Of a stretch of 64,000 nt of DNA, positions 61,630-64,000 are shown piece after piece; within the stretch, counting starts at the first letter, position 1; each line of letters opens with the position of its first letter. The notes beneath the pieces were generated by a model, which saw only the letters and a program-made list of their open reading frames with translations, did not search any database and had not been told where the DNA came from. The DNA comes from the human T2T-CHM13v2.0 reference genome, Homo sapiens: assembly GCF_009914755.1 (NCBI RefSeq), contig NC_060934.1, one strand, 5' to 3'. The position numbers were made by a program, and so were the translations under genes.

Positions 61630-62200
61630 CTTCCGGGTATTACCAAGTGTTGATGAGGATGTAGGAGAGCTGGGAACCCTCATGCACACAGACTGCATTT
61701 AAGTAAATACTGTCATATGGCTTTTCAGTAGCAATCCCACTCCTGGAGAAATCTTTGTGGAGGTTTTAGGGCTGCAATATATAAGGATGTCTGCTGCTGC
61801 AATGTTTGCAGTAGAGGGTGTTGGAGGCAAGCAACTTCAGCGTCCATCAAGAGGGAGAATGAGTAAGTGTGGTGGACATGAGTATGGAATACCATGCAGC
61901 AGTCAGAAGCAATAAAGTAGAGGCATACAACCACTTAAATGGATCTTATAAATATAGTATTGAGTAAAAAGGGAGATTACCAAACAAAATCAATAGCATA
62001 ACACCATGTATATAGATTACCAACCACACACACCAACAGCATAACCTATTTTCTGAGGACACACAGGCTTAGGTTAAACAAATTAGAGAGGATGGCTAAG
62101 AGGAAAAGGGATAGGATTGAGGATTAGGGCTAAAAGAAAAAATAAAAATAAGTCAGGATGAGGGTTTGCAATGGTGAGAATACGCAATAAATTGAAAAAT
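61630..62200 (+). mobile_element. Old L1MC/ME-like fragment
   Basis: ccaagtgttgatgaggatgt; gcaatcccactcctgg; atggaataccatgcagcag. Confidence 0.6.
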
Positions 62201-62609
62201 AGGATGAATTTCCCCAGTTGGTCAGAAGAACCAACACATGATCTACATTTTTAGGTGGGAACAGTCATAATACAAGACAGGTGCGAAGCATCCTTCCAGT
62301 CTGTGTTTGCATGCTTTTACTACAAACATATGTAACCATACATTACACACTATTGTTTTGTGAATAATTTTTAATTTACATAAATGGATCGATATTTCCA
62401 TAAATAATATTTACATAAATGGTATCAGAGATAATATTCTACTTCTTGTTTTTTCATTCAATACTGTTTTGGAGATCTTTTCATGTTGACACTTACAGAT
62501 CTTATTCATATTAACTGTACAGAATTCCATCAGTGAATATCCTATACCTTATTTATCCAACCATTGGCATTTGTACTGTTCCAAGTGGTAGCCATTAGGG
62601 CTGTTCACT

Positions 62610-63495
62610 GAATATACCAATTCTTTTCCTTCCCAGGCACATGGTAGAATTGTGCTTCCTCAACAACCTGAAGGTATGTGTGGCCAGGTGACCTCTTTGG
62701 CCAAGGGATGTGTTATTTTTGGACAGAAGCATTTTTTTTAAATTGAGGCATAACTCATATACTATTAAGGTCACCATTTTAACGTGTACAATTTGGCTGG
62801 GCAGGGTGGCTCAATAATCCCAGCATTTTGGAAGGCCAGTGTGGGAGGATTGCTTGAGCCCAGGAATTCAAGACCAGCCTGGGCAACATCATAAGACTCA
62901 GTCTCTACAAAAATAAATTTAATTAATTAACTAATTAAAGTGTGCAATTCAGTGTTTTTTTAGTATATTCACAGAATTATGCAACTAATACATCACCACT
63001 ATCTAATTCCAGAACATTTTCAACACCCCAAAAAGAAACCTCATGGCAGTTAGTAGTTATTCTCCATTCCTCAATACTTCCAGCTCCCGGAAACAACTAA
63101 CCAACTTTCTGTTTCTATGCATTTAACTGTTCTGGGCATTTCATATGAATATAATCATACAACCTGTGGCCTTTTGTGTCTGACTTCTTTCACTTAGCAT
63201 AATGTTTTCAAAGTTCATCCAGGTTGCAGGATGAATCAGCACTTCATTCCATTTTTATGGCAGAATTATATTTCATGGACAGAAGCATTTAATTGCCACT
63301 GCCGGACACTGCTACACTCTCTCCCCATGCCCCAGGGACCATGGAAGCACTCTAGGCCTTTGCAAGTCTCAGTTTTCAAGTGCCTACAACGAGCAGCAGC
63401 CCCTAATGACTCCAATGGACAGGCAGTATGAGCAAGAAATAGAATTTGGGGGCTGTTTGTTCCTGTAACTTAACCTATCCCATTCTGACTGATAA
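62610..63495. mobile_element. MLT1 LTR split by a reverse L1MB fragment (~62735-63275) that contains a FLAM (62795-62935)
   Basis: TSD tggacagaagcattt at ~62720 and ~63276. Confidence 0.65.
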
Positions 63496-63721
63496 ACCAA
63501 TTTGTCTGTCTTACAAATACATAGCAATAAAAATCATTGCACGTGTCTTCTCATGTGCACTTGGGAGATAGTCTCTACACCCTAGAATCTAAGGTATACA
63601 CTTAGAAGTAGAACCTAAAAAGAAAAAAAAAAAAAAAGAAAAGAAAACAAGGTTCAACCAGCTGATCTGGAGGAAATAATAAATTTCTATCTACTCTCTA
63701 AATAATATCTAAAATACTACA

Positions 63722-64000
63722 CACTATTCACAATAGCAAAGACTTGGAACCAACCCAAATGTCCATCAATGATAGACTGGATTAAGAAGATGTGGCACAT
63801 ATACACCATGGAATACTATGCAGCCATAAAAAAGGATGAGTTCATGTCCTTTGTAGGGACATGGATGAAGCTAGAAACCATCATTCTCAGCAAACTATCG
63901 CAAGGACAAAAAACCAAACATCGCATGTTCTTACTCATAGGTGGGAATTGAACAATGAGAACACTTGGACACAGGAAGGGGAACATCACACACACACTGG
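63722..64000 (+). mobile_element. Young primate L1PA, 5'-truncated (ORF2 C-terminus and 3'UTR start; runs off the window)
   Basis: Near-consensus L1 sequence; ORF 63769..63951 (DWIKKMWHIYTMEYYAAIK..FSLIGGN-like) is the ORF2p C-terminus. Confidence 0.93.

Noticed and set aside
63769-63951. 60-aa ORF
   Set aside because: C-terminal remnant of L1 ORF2p in a 5'-truncated element.

Overview
This is human/primate genomic DNA (about 32 Alu-family elements plus L1, L2, L3/CR1, MIR, MaLR/ERV1 LTRs and hAT MITEs). The only coding sequence I can support is one 81-nt internal exon on the minus strand (32574..32654). It encodes [27 protein letters not shown], which I recognise as exon 2 of SH3PXD2A (TKS5, PX domain). 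The rest is intronic: intron 1 lies to the right and intron 2 to the left. The other ORFs in the track look like repeat-derived or chance ORFs. I found no novel gene system. The most unusual structure is a ~210-bp inverted copy of apparently unique, enhancer-like DNA inserted into an old L1 about 1.15 kb away, with junction microhomology and a 9-bp site duplication. There is also a 75-bp direct templated copy nearby, several smaller template-switch scars, deeply nested transposons, a (GGAA)14 microsatellite and candidate enhancer motif clusters. Repeat family names come from my recall of consensus sequences and their boundaries are approximate.
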